Assembly: GCA_001643675.2 (NCBI GenBank)
Contig: LSRY02000003.1
Coordinates: 1,302,001 to 1,366,000 of the forward strand
From: Monocercomonoides exilis PA203
Lineage: Eukaryota; Protista; Preaxostyla
Direction of reading: 5' to 3'
Length of the DNA: 64,000 nt
Below the pieces are notes generated by a model. It made no database searches. It was given only the letters and a program-made list of their open reading frames with translations, and had not been told where the DNA came from. The translations under genes and the position numbers were made by a program. This document shows, in pieces, positions 1-14,900 of this stretch. Position 1 is the stretch's first letter; every line of letters begins with the position of its first letter.

Positions 1-3000
1 TCCCATCCTCTTTTCCCTCTCTCCTCCTTTTTTCTCCTTCTCATCTGTCGCCACACAATGGAAGTGGGTGGCGATGCGGTGTGCAATGAAAAAACAGCTT
101 GAATTGTTCGGCTCTGCACTGAGTGACATGGACAAACTGGATCTCCACAGCAAGCTGGCCTCAATGGCACTATCACTTCGGGTGCTTTCTGACGCATCTT
201 CTGCACCGATTGTGCCGTTCTCATTGAAGGCGTATGGAAGAGAAGGAAGCAGAAGCAAAGGGAGAGCTGGCAGTGTTGTGCTGATCAAAAGGGTTGTATC
301 ATCATCGAAGATGCATTCAAGTGGGATGAGCGAGAATTCTACAGGAACTACACCAAAAGAACAGAATGAAGAAATTGGAATGAAAAATTTAACGAAAGAT
401 GAATTGAATGTGAGTGCAAGTGGAGAGAATGGAGTGAAAAAAGAAGCAGATGAATCTGAAAGTGGTGCAATAAAAGCAGAGAATGAAGTCGGGGAAGTGA
501 AAGAAGACATTTTCAAAGGAGATTCTCAAAATCCTTCACTCGATGAAAAGAAAGGAGAAAATAATGAAAGCACTCAAAGAAACAAATCATCAGAAGCCAC
601 AGCAGAAAGAGAAGCAGGAACAGACAAAGAGTATTTAGATGCTGTTCTTGTTGATTCAGACGAGGACTTTGAGAACAAAGAAGCGACAAATCAAGTTGTT
701 GGAAGTAGAAACAAAACAAGCAAGGAAGGAGAAGAAGAAGAAGAAGAAGGGAAAAACAACAGACACAAAACAGATTCGTTTTCTTTAAACAGAGTTTGTC
801 AGATGAATGACGAGTTTGCGCTGAATCTTCTTCAGAAGCTGGTTGAACTTCCCAATTTAATCGAATGCGGTTCTGAGAGAGTGAGCCAAGCCGATCCTTC
901 TTTAATGCAATTTTCTCATTCTGTGCATCAGACTCATTCATCTACTCCAACAGGCCCATCAAATACACATTCTTCTGATTTTTCTTCTTTTCCTCCAACT
1001 TCTCAAAGCAAACAGAACTCAACTGAACAACACCAACATCAACAACCACTTTCTTCCCTTTCTGTTTCTTTACTTCAACTTGCTCCTTCTCTTCTTCTGA
1101 CCAAAAGCGAATCTTTGCTTTTGCAACACAGATGCCACTCGGATTCGACTGTCTACGCAAATTTGAATTTTTTTTCTCCACTCTCTTTGCAGAGCTATTT
1201 CATAAGGTTTGAGCCATTTTGTGAAACTGATCGTTGTTCTTTGTGTGCTCACGAGTCGTGAATGCTTTTCATCATTGTGAGTTTCCTGAAGATTGATTGG
1301 AAAAAAAAATCAATAGAAAAAATTCAAGTCTTCATTAACGCACAAAAATCTGCGAAATTTTTTCTATTTTTTAAGATTTTTTGCATTCAAATGACAATTT
1401 TTCTGATATTTCTAATTAACATTTTATTTATTTCTTTTTCTTCTTCCTCTTTCTGTTGTTCTAATTCATTGATTGCTGAAATGCCATTCAGATATCCGTT
1501 TTTCCCATATGTTGTTTACAACGTGATGAAAGGCACTCCCTTGGTTGTCCACAGCACCGATGCGCAGCAGAAGATTGTTGAAAACCTCATCCACACACTC
1601 TCGTTTTTCCTTCCTGGTTTCTTTTTCTATTCTCAGACAGCATATTCATCGCCTTTGTTATCTTCTTCTCCTCATTCTCCTTCTTGTTCATCATCATCGT
1701 CGTCGTCCTCACCTTCGTCCTCCTCTTCTTTTCTTTTTCTTGTTCAGCCATGGCGCACGACCAGCCTTTCAATGTACGACCTACCTCGACTGAGGCTTTG
1801 CGGCTTGTCAAAAAGATTGAAAGTTCCTGTGCAAATGATGAACCACATTGTTTACTGGAACTTTGACAAAGATTTGATAAGGCTCTCACCAGCAAAGGGA
1901 ATCAAGGAGATTGTGGTGAGCAACAGAAAACCGTTCAGAAAGGGCGCAAAGAAGGCGATGAAGAAGCGGCTAGCTACGGACGAAGCATTCAATACAGATG
2001 CACATTTAAGTAAGTACACAAAGAAAACACGTTCAGATTCATTCAACTTGTTTGTTCAATCAGAAACTGCAACAACAACAACTGCAAAGGCAGCTTCTTC
2101 TTCTTCTTCTTCTTCTTCAGATTCTTCTTTTAACAATTCTCTTTTCACAAATGCTTCACAACAACGCAGGAGCAGTGCATCTGGTGTTATACAGCAAAAA
2201 AGCACTCTTCAAGCAAGTCAGCTGAAAAGATTGGGGTCGGAGCCCTTATCTGCTCAAAGCGAAAAGCAGACGCATTCAAATGGAAATACAGAAAGAAACA
2301 ACAAAACAGAAGACAAAATGGGGTTGAAAGAAGAAGAAAATAAAGAAAGGAAAACAATACTGTCCAAACAGCATGAAGGACTTTTGAACATCATTAACAA
2401 CACCACTGAAGGTGACGAAGAAGAAGAAGAGGAAGAATCAGAAGAGGAAGAAGACGCACCAATTAGTTCAGGTCATCATCAAAGAAATATTGTCGAAGGA
2501 GGAAGAACATTTGAGCACAAAGAGGAAGAAGAAGAAGATGATGATGATGAAGATGATGATGACAGTGATGATGAGTGGTTCAACCACCCTTCAATCAAAG
2601 GAAAGCCACGTTGTGCCGCTTCTTTGTGCTCGCAGCGTAGCAATCCTTATCGCGAGGCTATTTCTCAGACATTTTCTGTGATTGCAGACTGTTTGAGGGA
2701 GAAAGACAAAAAGGGGAGTCTGAATGAGCAGCTGATCAGTTGGTCTCCTGGCGAAGAAACGACATCTGCTGTGCCGTCTGCCACGTTGGCTGAGGAGAAT
2801 GCTTCACATGTGACTATTTCATCATCTTCGCTGCTTGGAGCAGAGGAAAGCATGAGCAGATCAGCAATCAAGACGCAGACGATTCAGAAGATGATGGAAG
2901 CAGCTAAGCTGTCTAATTTGGATGACTTCAATCAGACAAGCAGCAATCAGAGGCCAAAGCACAGTAAAACAAGTTATAATACCCATCATTCAAATAAACA

Positions 3001-5396
3001 TAAGAGAATCTCGAAAGATCGCCAAGTGGAACATCATTCCTCTCATCATCAGAAGCAGTCGCTGTCTTTGCCTTTGCCTTTATCTCCGTCTTTATCGAGC
3101 TCAACTTTGAATTCCCATCATTCTGCGAAGCGTCACAAACACTCCATTCATCGTGCAGTCGCAATAAGCATAGAGCATCAGCAGCGTCACAGACGAAGAA
3201 GGAGCAACAAGGATCTTTCTCTTTCTGCATCAAATGAGGGTGCAAAGAGTACGAAGCGCGAAATTGTGAACTATTCATTGAAAGATAAAGAAATGAAAGA
3301 TGGTTCAGAAATAGCTGAAGAAAGTAAAATAGATATGAATAACAGAAGAAAATTAAAGAGCAAAAGCAAAATTTCTTTGAACTTAATTGGCACAGCTTCA
3401 CAGCAGGGTGATTATACAGACTCAGAATATTCAGACACGGTGATTGTGAACAATGAATTGGCAGATGAAACTCCTTCTGTGTCAGCCGAATCGACAAGCC
3501 AGAACGAGTCATTTGAGGAAACTGAAAATGACAGTGATAGCGATGTGGAGGACAGTGATGATGAAGCAGATGATTCTGAAAAGAAGAAAGGAAAGAGTGC
3601 GAACAACGATAATTACACACTCGATGCTTCTTCATATTTTGCTGATATGATGAGCATGACAGATACTATTGATGTGTGCTGAGTTTTTTTTTGTAATTGA
3701 ACTTATTTTGATTTTTATATCATTTTGATTTTAATTCATTTCTAAAAAAACGAAAATATTATCCTTTTAACTTCATTAAATTTTCTTTCCTTCTTCTTCT
3801 TCTTTTTTTTTTTTTGACACAATTCAATTTTATTCATTTTCATTTGTTTTGAGCAGAATGTTTCTTCACTCGTATTTCTGAACCAGCTGCTGACTGGCAT
3901 ATCTCATCTTTCTCATTTGGCTCTTATGGCTGCTGCTCATATGATTCCCACACTCACGTCAACATCGCTTCCATTTTCTATTCCATTAGATGCATCTCCT
4001 TCTCATTCTTCTCCTCTTTCTCCTTCTCTTTCCTCCTCCTCCTCCTCATCATCATCTTCTTCATCCATGTCTGCTTCAGCAACTTCTTCTTGTTCATCAT
4101 CATCCTCAACCTTATCTTCAGATTCCCATTTCCTTCGTTTTTTTTCTCTTCGGTCTCGTCTTCCACCAATCCGGCAGGACATGTTTTGCCGGCCATTGCG
4201 TTTTGCTCCTCGTTCATCTGCAGTCGTTTCAGTTCAAATGCACAAAGCTGTTCAACCAACTCACCAAAATCTTTTCAAAGACTTCCAAAAGAACACATCA
4301 ACAAGTGCTGCTTCATTTCATTTTCCTTCAACAGTTCATTCATCCAATTCTTCTTCTCAAATTTCTTCCGTTTCTTCTTCCGCTGCTTATCCTAATCGAC
4401 AGCTTTACTCTGCCATTAACAGTTTTTGCTCTTCATTTACTCATTCTCCTCCTTTCCGAATTCCTCGTTTTTGTCTTTCTGGTGGACATTCAAAGAAAAA
4501 TAACAGTAACTCATCTCCATCATCAGCCTTTGCGTTGCATAGTTCGTCTTCACGAACAAACTCTGCAGTAGAAAAATCCATTTCTTCTTCTTCTTCTTCC
4601 TCCTCCTCCTCTTCTTCTTCTTCTTTGTATTCTTCCTCAACATCATCTTCCTCTTCCTCTTCCTCCTCTTCTGCAGCTACGATGGCTGCAGTAAAAGATG
4701 CAACTTCGCATCTTTTGAAACTGCCTCGTTCCAGTTTCTTTTCTGTTCTTGGAGAAGATGCCGTCCAGGCAGTTGCGCATGTCAGTGCTGTCCAAAGGCA
4801 GGAAGAGATGAGAGTTGAAAAGGAGTCAAAAGACCGGAAAAATCGATTAAAGAAGAAATGCGAGTGGCTTTGGAGGCAACAAAAGCGATTGCTGAGGCTC
4901 AACTCTCCCTTTTTCGTACCAATGTCGAAGACACAAAGCTGCTTGTCACGTTTAGACATTCCTGTGTTGTCGGCAAAGTTTCTGAAAATACAAAGGATAA
5001 GACGCAACATTGCACTGAATGGGATTGGCATCACAAACAGCACAGACAGAAACATTGTGTTAGTATGCTGTAATTTACATATTCCTTTGAATTTCCTTAA
5101 TATTTTTTTTTTATTTTCTTTTCATGTTTATTTTTGTTTCTGATACAATTATTGTATGCTATTTTCAGTCATTTCTTCGAATTTTGTTGGACCAACTCCG
5201 ATTTGAAGCGTGCTTTTCAACTTCCTCAGATGGTGCTTCTTCATTCAATCTCACATTACCCCTCTCTGAATTGTTAGAGCCAAAGCATGCTTGGTTCGAC
5301 GGGTCGTGCAGAAAAATACCAGAGGCTGTCCATCCAAAGAGAAGAGCAGTTAAAATCATTGAGAAACAGGGAAATGCACTAACATTTTCAAGATAA
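1..5396 (+). CDS. SMCR8: SMCR8-like DENN-domain protein (5'-partial, 3 introns, large Ser/Glu-rich insertions)
   Basis: Introns 1207-1491, 3674-3856 and 5063-5168 (all GT..CAG) join ORFs 68, 1262, 3917 and 5124 in frame. Spliced 'YFIRYPFFPYVVYNVMKGTPLVVHSTD..IVENLIHTLSFFLPG..VQPWRTTSLSMYDLPRLRLCGL' resembles the SMCR8 c-DENN segment as I recall it (FIRQYPFAHPAIYSLLSGRTLVVLGED..IVRKLVTALAIFVP..VKHWASSPLHIMDFQKWKLIGL). Stop TAA at 5394-5396. Confidence 0.7.
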
Positions 5397-5975
5397 AGAG
5401 ATACGTTTTTTCTAAAAATCAAGAGTTCACTCGTTTGTTGACATTACATTTTAATTTCGTCTAAATTCTGTCCAAAAATGGAGATTTCTTTTTTTAATTC
5501 TTCCCCTCGACCTTTTGCGCTTTTTGTGTCTTATTTTTTCTTCATTTCTTTATAAATTTGTAACACTTTGAAAACAAAAAATAAAAAACTATGTTTAATA
5601 TTGAGTAATCCTTTTTGAAATCATTTTCTTTTTCTTTTTCTTTTTCTTTTCTTTTCTTTTCTTTTCTTTTCCTTCCTTCTTTCCTTTCTTTCTTTCTTTT
5701 TTTTATAAATATAATTATTCTTGGCTATTTATTTTCAAAGAATAAATGAGAGAACAATAAAAATTCTACAAGAATCATTTTTTGAAATAAAACAATCTCA
5801 TCATATTAAATGCCAGTATTTAATTAATTTTCTATCAAATTAAATAAGTTGTTAATGACCGCGTTGAGAACAAATCTACTAAAAAAATATTATTGAAACA
5901 AATAATATGGGGCGCAGGAATTTTTTATTCTATTATTTTTCCTGCATCCACAATTGTGTCGAGGAGCTTCCCCAC

Positions 5976-8900
5976 ATGAGAGCTGCATTCAATATTGTTA
6001 CATTGCTGTTGCTAGTTTCTAACTGCTATTATGGAGAAGGCATTGCAGAAAGGCAATTTCAACAAAAATTTAACGTGGAGATGCAAAAAGGCAAGATCAG
6101 CATTGCAGATAAAAATAGAGATTACAACATTAATTTTGGCAATTCATTGAAGAAAGTAATAAAATCAGCTGACAATCACATTTGCAGCATTCAAACAAGT
6201 CTCGCCCTCATCAACGCCTCCTTGTGTGTGACCCATCTCAACATCATCCCTCTCACTGGTTGCCCACTCCTCACTGCCCAACACCACTCCGCTGCCTCCA
6301 TCTGCTCCTCCACTTGCACCATCCACCCACCTTCCCTCACCAACAGCCACCACCACCACTGCCCCCTCTTCCTCTCTGCCCATGCCTCCCTCGCCCTCAC
6401 AAACTTCTCCCTCACCACCCACCAACCTGCCATCCTCTCCTTCCCCCTCTTCTCCACCCCAAACAATCTCCTCTCACATGCCCACTCCCCAATCCCTGCC
6501 TCATTCTCCATCTCCCACTCCTCCTTCTCCTCCTTCATCTCCCTCATCCAGCCCTTCCTTTTTTCTCCTTCTTCCCTCTCTTCCCCATCCCCTTCTCCAT
6601 CTCCTTCCCTTTCCTCTTCTCCTTCATCTTCCTCATCCTCATCCTCATCCTCTTCTTTTTCTTCCCCTTCACCTTCCCCTTCCCCTTCTATTTACTCTTC
6701 CCCTTCCCCTTCCCCTCTCCATATCCATCACCAATCCCATCCCCACCTCCAAATCCACCTCCATCTCCATCTCTCAAACACCCTCTTCTCCAACATCTCA
6801 TCTCCCCAATCCCATCCATCTCTTCCATCCCTTCCCTCCCACTCACTCAATTCATTCATCTCAACCACTTCTTCCTCTTCTTCCTCTTCCTCTTCCACCA
6901 ACACCAACACCAATACAATCCCCTCTTTCTCCCTTCATTCATCCCTCTCCATGCACTCAACCATCTTCATCCACGCTCACAACCCCATCGATGGAACCAT
7001 TCTCCCAAATCTCAACAGCCCATCCACTTCTCTCTCTGCCTTCAATGTCTCTTTTCTTCACCAAACACGTTCTTCACCAAATGCTCCTGTGGTTCATATT
7101 GGAACTGAATCTCAAAGAGCGAAACCTGGAAGACTGACTTCATTCGATGTTAACAGCCATTGCTTCGAATGGTGCGAATGGAACGATTCAAATGGTGGAT
7201 CCAGTTATGGTGGTGCACTTCATGTTGAATGCACAAATGCAAATCTCACAATCACTTCTTGTTCATTTTTCAATTGTTTGTCAGCAAATTTTGGTGGAGC
7301 GTTGCATTGTAATGGTTTGTTAAAAATTGACATCACAAAATCTAATTTCACAAGTTGTTCAGCTGCTCATGGAGGAGCTGCTTTTGTTGGTTCTCCGAAA
7401 TCAAATTCTGTATATTCATTCTCAGAAAACAGAGTGGAAAGTTGTTCAATAACAAGTTGGCGTGGAACTGGTTTGTATTTTGATTTTGGTAGTTTTCCAT
7501 CAAACGGTCAATTTTCGTTTTCAAATTGCAAGTGTATCGCGAATTCTGGAGGTGATGCAGCCGGTTGTTTAACGTTTTTTTCTCCACCTGTCAACAAACT
7601 TAGTCAATTTTCAATCGTTGAGTGCCAGTTCATTAATAACAAATTGACAAGTTCTTCAACTTCCTATGGTGGCGCTGCGCTGTGTTGCACAGCAACTTAT
7701 TCCTGGATGAGCGGAAATAAATTCATCACATTCTGCTTTTTCGATGGCAATTCCGCAACAAATGGAAGAGGAAACGATGTGTTCTTCAGTGGAAGCAGCA
7801 TCACTCAATCTCCATTCCAACAATGTGGTTCAACAACCTCAACACAAAGAGTGTGGAATCAAGGAACAGCAGACAATGAAACTTTCAATGGCTGGCTTCC
7901 CCTCATTGCCCAGAACAAAATCGTTTCTAACAGCGGAACTGATGCTGATGCCTGTGGCAGACCCCAACAAACCCCATGTGCCACCATCGAGTATGCACTC
8001 AACAGCTTCATTTCCCTCCTCCAAGACGCCTCTCTCACCCTCCTTTCCTCAATATTTGTTCCAACTCAAACACTCACCTTCAGCGCGGTTGACACTAAAA
8101 TCACAGGAAATGGAACAGATGCCACCACTATCGCCTCCAGTGGCATTCCCCAACCATCAAACTCATATTCGCAGTCATCACAATCAACATCATCTCTTTC
8201 CTCATTTTCTTCATTTTCATCATCAACATCTTCTTCACAAGATCCATCTGCCTCGTCTGCCCTCTTCCAACAGACCCAGGGCTCCCTCACAGTCTCTGCC
8301 CTCGCAATCGCCCACAACTCCACAAACCAAATCACCCCCATCCTCTTCCACCTCTCCAATAACTCCCCTTCCCTCAACCTCAACACAACCACCATCACCG
8401 GAACAACCCCATCTTCATCATCAATCACTACACCCCTCTTCTTCGTCACTGCTGGCTCCCTCGCCCTCAACCACACAGCAATCACACAACTCTCCCTCAA
8501 CAGCCAAAGCATCTTCCACCTCACCTCCCTCGCCGCTCCCCTCACCCTCAACTCCTCCAACATCACCGATATCACCTCCACAGCCACCCCCACCAGCTGT
8601 GTCCTCTCCTCTGCCACCTCCCCTGCCCTCTCCCTCTCCCTCGCCAACTGCACCATGACCAGCATCAATTCAGAACAGTTGAGCCAACAGACTGCCACCA
8701 ATGGCGGGTGCATCTCATTCGCCTCATCTGCCTCTGCCAACTCGTTTTCAGTGAGCAACACCATCTTCTCCACCTGCTCTGTGAGCGAGGATACAAGTTC
8801 TGGAGGAAGAGGCGGCGCTCTCATGATCGAGTTCAATGAAGGCTCACAAGTGTCAGAATCCTCCTTTTCCATCACCAATATCGTGTTTTCAGCCAACAAG

Positions 8901-11900
8901 GCGAGTGTCGGAAGAGATATGTATTTTGTGTGCGAATCATTTGTCGCTTCTGTGAAGGAACCATTATTCGCCTTCATGGGAAACATCACTCAGATGGACA
9001 ACTCGATCGTTGGACATGACAGAACAGAAGCATTCGGTGATTGGAATGTCGATTTATTCATATTTCTAGATGGATTCTTTGCTGACAAGGTGTTTGTGGA
9101 TGGCACATCCGGAGTGGAAGAGGTGTATTGTGGAATGGAGAAGGCACCTTGTAAGAATGTGAATTATGGGATGGAGCGTTTGAAGAGAACACAGAACACA
9201 AAAGAGGAGATTATTGTTATTTCAAAATCTTCTTTAACTGGATGTGTAGATGCGGGTGGTATGTGTATAAAGGCAAAAGAGGATGTTGTTGTGCAGATTG
9301 AATGTCAAAGGGATGTGAGTGGATCTGAAGAATGCGTTCTGAAATCAGCATCACTGACAGAAATGAAGTTCATTGGGATTGTTGTGCCATCGACTTTTAA
9401 CAGAACAATCTCAGCAGTGATCGAATCGAGCACTCAAAATGGGGAGTTGCGCATGAAGAACAGTAAGATGAGTGTTGTTGGAGGAAATGAAAACACGATT
9501 GGATTTTTCTTGATCAAATCAACAGGGAAGATGGTTGAACTGGATTCTGTCACGATTTCAGACGTGAAATCAACAGTTTCGTTGTTTTCATTTTCGCTTT
9601 CCTCATCAAATGTGAATGAACAGGAATACAAAGTGAAGTTGTTGAATTGCACATTGAAAGAATTGGAAATTGATAGCGGTGTGACAGTGGAGGGAAAGGC
9701 AGCAGTATTTGGAGGGAGTGTGGGAGTTGGAATGGCAATAAATGGAAGTACAATTGATGGGGCATTGTCGGAGAAGAGCAAAGAAGGAGGAGCGCTGAAA
9801 ATAGCGTTGAATGAAGGAGGGTTTATGACAATTGAAAATAGTACATTAACTGGATGTGTTTGTGAGAATATGAGTGAGGGAGGAAAAGGAGGAGGGATAT
9901 ATCTGGATTGCAGTTTGAATGAAGAAGCATTTCAGCTCTCATCGATATCATTTTCTGGATGCTCAGCAACGATAGGGAAGAACATGTTTGTGAAGAGTGG
10001 GAATCTTGTGAACAGTGTGAAAATAGAGCGTTTTGCATTTGATTGCTCAGATTATGAGGAGGATGGGAATGCATTTGTTGGGGAAGATGTGACTTATGGA
10101 GAAATGGATCTTCGAATATTTCTTGTTTCTTTGAAGTGGGTGGTTGTGTCTGTGTCGACTGGTGGTCATGACACATTGGGATGTGGAAGTGAAATATTCC
10201 CATGTGAATCGATGAAAAGTGGAATTGACCACATTGACAGGAGTGGAACAGAAGGAGAAAGGAAAGTGAAAGTGAGGGATGAAGGGACAATTGAAGATTC
10301 TTATTCATTCACAGATGCACTTGTGATTGATGGGTGTGTGAGTGAGGAAGATGCCATCAAACACAGGCCTGTTCAGTTTAAAGAGACAATAAATGGAGAT
10401 TCTGCGACAGCTGTGATTTCATCAACTGCTTCACTAGGCTTATTATCTTTGAAGCTGCAGATTCCAAGTCAATTTGTACCAAGTATGAATACACTGATCT
10501 CATCGAGTGGAGATCTTCAACTCGAAAACTGTTTATTTGAGATCCGATCAACAGATATTATTCAATACTCATTGATAACCACAACAACTGGAAGTTGCAC
10601 ATTGAAAGGATGCAGTCTGACAGATTGTTCATTTGCCAAATCTCCATTGGTGATGGCTTCTTCTGTTTTGTTTGAAAACAGCAATTTTTCAAACATTGTG
10701 AACACTGGAAGCGGTGAAGGAGGTCTTGCAACAGTGACATTAAAAAATGAGGAAGATTTGGTTATAATATCAACAAATGCGTCATCTTGTTCACTTTCAT
10801 CGGAAAATGGAAAAGGTGGATTCTTGTATTTGAACTGTCAAAATTGTTTGGAAGAAAATCCATTTATTTTTGATACTGGCGTAACATTTGAGAACAACAA
10901 TGCAACTTTTGGAAAGAATATGTTCATTTTGGCAAAAGATTTTAATACTTCTGTAACAAATATATCATTCAAATTTGAATATTCCTCAATGAAGGATGAT
11001 AAAACTCTGTTTGTTGGAAGTGACAACTTTCACTCAAACAAAGATTTGTTCATGTTCCTTGTTCCATTCAGCTCATTTGAGATATTTATCTCATCCGAAG
11101 GATTTGATGTTGCAAGATGTGGAAGTGAGAAAGATCCATGCTTCACAATGTGGAAAGGGATGAAAAATATGAAAGAGGAGAATGGAAAGAAAACAATTCA
11201 TATTGAAGAATCAACAATTATTCGAGATTCATTCAATGTTTCAAATTATCAGATCAAAAAGGATGCGAAGATGGGAGAAGAAGATACAAAAGCAAAATTG
11301 AATTTTGAAAAGGCAATTGGAAGTCAATTGGAATATTTCATGGAAAATGATGAACATCTTGAATTGACGAATATCCAGCTCCAATTAACATCGGGATTTG
11401 ACAACTCAACCAAATCAATTATTTCAAATATAAATGGAGATTTGGTGATAAGTGGATGTTCATTCTATTCAGAAGCTGGAGTTAATAATGGATTTGATTG
11501 TGTATTTGTGGATGTGATTGGAGGAACTGTGGAAGTGAATGATTTATCGATTGAATCATGCAATGTTGGAAACAGTATTTTTGCAATTAACAATGCTGTA
11601 GTTGTTTGCCATTTAGTGAATGTTCGAGTGGAATCATTGAATGAAAGCGGCGAATGCCTTCTTCTGATCAAAGGAACTGAATCAACAACAAAGATAAATG
11701 AAGGAGGAGAGGAAATGAATCTCAACATTGATAATTCATCATTTTCAGGAGTGAAGAGAAGTGGCAATGGACCAAGCGTTTTGGAATCAAAGAGTGAGAA
11801 AAAGATTTGTTTGGTTGTGAATTCGAGCAACATTACAGAAGACAAAGCAGAAATGAGTGAAAAAGGAGGAGCAATATTCTTCACATTGGGTTCATCAGGA

Positions 11901-14900
11901 TCAATGAATTTGATTGGCTCAACAATCAGTCATTGCAGCTGCAACAACAACACAGGAAGAGGAGGAGGTGTGTATTTGGCAACAAAAGAAAGAGGAGAAT
12001 TGAACTTCACATTTGTGGGTATGAAATTCAGTTCAAACACAGCAAGAGTCGGGAATGATATTTTCATTGAATGCTTCAACATCACATCTCAGATCAATGA
12101 AAGCCAATTTCGATTTGATCTTCGAGAAGGGAAATACAATCGCAGTAATGCAATATTTGGAAGAGATGAATGCGATTACACAAATGATACAAATCTGATT
12201 GGATTTGTGACGATTCATCAGAGTGACACGATCATTGTGAGCAGTGTGAATGGAACGAATGAGAGACAATGCGGAACAAGCATGCTTCCGTGCTATTCAA
12301 TTGAGCATGGACTGATACATCTGACATCGGAGCTGATTAGTCAAATACTCGTGATTGAAGAGAGTGTAATTGAGGAAGAGATGAATCTGAAGGAAATGAG
12401 TTTGAGTTCAAAGAGCAGGGAAAATTGTGAAGTTGAAGTGAAATCAGGAATTGAAAGAACGAGAGGGGAATTGATAACAACAAGAGAAACAGTCTCGTTG
12501 CTGAGAGTGAACTTTGCGTTTGATTCAAATTTCATAACTCAACATGAATCATTAATATCACCAGAAGGAGGTATTCTTGAAATTGTTAATTGCTCATTCG
12601 CTTCAAAACAATCTAATGAAGAAAGAAATATAGGTTTTGCAAGAATTCCATTTCATATTTTTAATATGGAAAAAGGAGAATTACAAATCATGGAATGCAC
12701 AACATCAAATCTCATTCTTCAAGAATCTGCATTGTTTCTTTCATCAACTTCTCCATCAATTATTGATTCATTATCAATTTGCAATTCTACAATAGAAACT
12801 TCTCTGATAGATATTAATGAGTGCGGGCAATTAACAATTAAGGATTTCAAAACAGAAAATATCTCAGTTGAAGGAGATGAAGAATCACTGATATCTTGCC
12901 TGACAATGAAAAAGACAATTCAATTGGCAAATTGCACAATAGGTGGAGTCTGTTCAAAGACCACAAAAGGAAAATTGATGAAATTGGAGAGTTGCACAGA
13001 TGTTTCAATGGACAGTTGCATTTTTAATGGGAATTCAAAAGAAAGAAATAAACAGACTCTAAATGAGGGAGAAGAGATGTGCAGATGGGAAGGATCTCTT
13101 GTGGATGCTGTGAAGAGTTCTGTGATGATGAAAGATACAACAATAGCAAATTCACCAGATGGTGGAATAACAATGAGTGGAGGGGAAATGGTTGTCAAAG
13201 AAGGAAGATTTGAGAACAATGATCCCTCAATTGAAGGATATCCATCATTGAGAAGAAATATCATCTGTTCAGATTCAGGAACATTGAATGTGATGAGTTT
13301 GAAAGGAGGAGATGGATTGAAGGATAATACATCACTTTGGATGTTGAACAATGGGTGCAGTTTTGAAGGGATTGTTTCAGAGAGGGAATCGTCATTCTTC
13401 ATTCCAGTTCTGGGGAGTGTGGAAGCAAAAGAAGAGACAGATAGAATGAAGCTGACATTCAAAGGGATGCTTCTTTTTCCATGCAATCTGTCATTCTCAA
13501 TTGTAAAGAGAAAAGGAGAAGAGAAAGAGATTGAACATTATGATTTTGATTCAAATGGGTTTTTGTCAGAAAGAAAAGTTGAAGGAAGTGTGGCAAAAGA
13601 TCTGATCAATAGTTGTGGAAATGAAATAGAAATGAGTGTGCACATTTTGTTTGGGAATGCTGAATCTCCTTCATCAACAAATTCATTCATTCTGAAAAAT
13701 GCAACTGAATCCGATGGAGACGGAAACATTGTGAAAGGAGACAACAGTTCAAGTTCATTGTGGATAATAATAACACTAACAATTATTCTTTTCGTTGTTC
13801 TTATTGTTGTCGTTGTTCTCGCTATTCGATGGAGGAAAGTGAAGGAAAGAAATGAGGAGTTGCAAGAGATTGTGAATGACAACATCAGAAAGGATCCGAA
13901 GGCATTTGAGATGGTGACGATGGAGATGTCGCCTGAGGAGCAGTGGAGGAGAGCAGAGAGCGAGGCAGAGAAGAAGAATGAAGAGAGGACAAAGAAAAGG
14001 GAATATGAGAAGAAAATGGAGCATTCTGAGTCATCTGAATATCTTTTGGCTGAGAATGGATCAACGGAATACATCCTTGGACAAGACTCGGATAAAAATG
14101 GAGAATGGGATTTGGAGAAGGAAGAAGAGACACAAAAGCGAATTCCATCACCATCCATCTCATCCACAGATACAGAAACCACATTTGTTCGAGGGGAGGA
14201 TCTATTCCCAACAACCTCATCGATGTCGAATCTGGTGGATGCAATGGCATGTTCATCGCCTTATGAAAAGCTGATTGTGGATTTGAGGGATTCACTGTTC
14301 ATGTTGCTTCATGGGAGGAATGAGAAGAAAGAGCTGGCGATTGGCACATTGAAGGAGAGAGAAGTGACGGGAGCGCAGATGCTGTTCTGGGTGGCGAATG
14401 GAGCGTTGCACTCGCTTGAAGATGAGGAAGACGAACTTCCCTCTTTGCGAGACCTGAGTCCGCACATTGTGCTGTTCTCGGAGCACATGGTGATCTGCAT
14501 TGCGCTCCACTCCGACTGCTCCTCGTCATCTGATGATTCGGATTCATCCTCAATCACATCAACCACGATCGTGACATCTGCCAGTGTTGATGATGATGAT
14601 GAAAGAGATTCTCTGCCCTCATCAGCATTTGAAGGTGATGAGGATAAGTGGAAGGAGTGTTTGAGGTGGAAGGCGCCAGAGCTGGTGATGAACAGGAAGA
14701 TGGGAGCAACAGAGAAGTCGGTGGCATTCTCGATTGGGATGATGCTGTGGGAGTGTGTGACACTCGAGATCCCGTTTGGAGAATACGAAGGGGAAGTGGC
14801 AGGGCAGAAGATTGCTGATGGAGAGAAGCCGGATGAGAGGGGGATTGAAGAGAGCATGATGAAGAATGTGGTGGATGCATGTCTGTCATCAGAGGCATCG

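Noticed and set aside
1259-1264. Two long same-frame ORFs separated by a single TGA (selenocysteine or readthrough?)
   Set aside because: The TGA lies inside intron 1207-1491, whose removal restores the conserved FIRYPF motif.
5907-5975. Upstream ATG as the start of the giant ORF
   Set aside because: The signal-peptide-like sequence starts at 5976, so that ATG is preferred; 5907 cannot be fully excluded.
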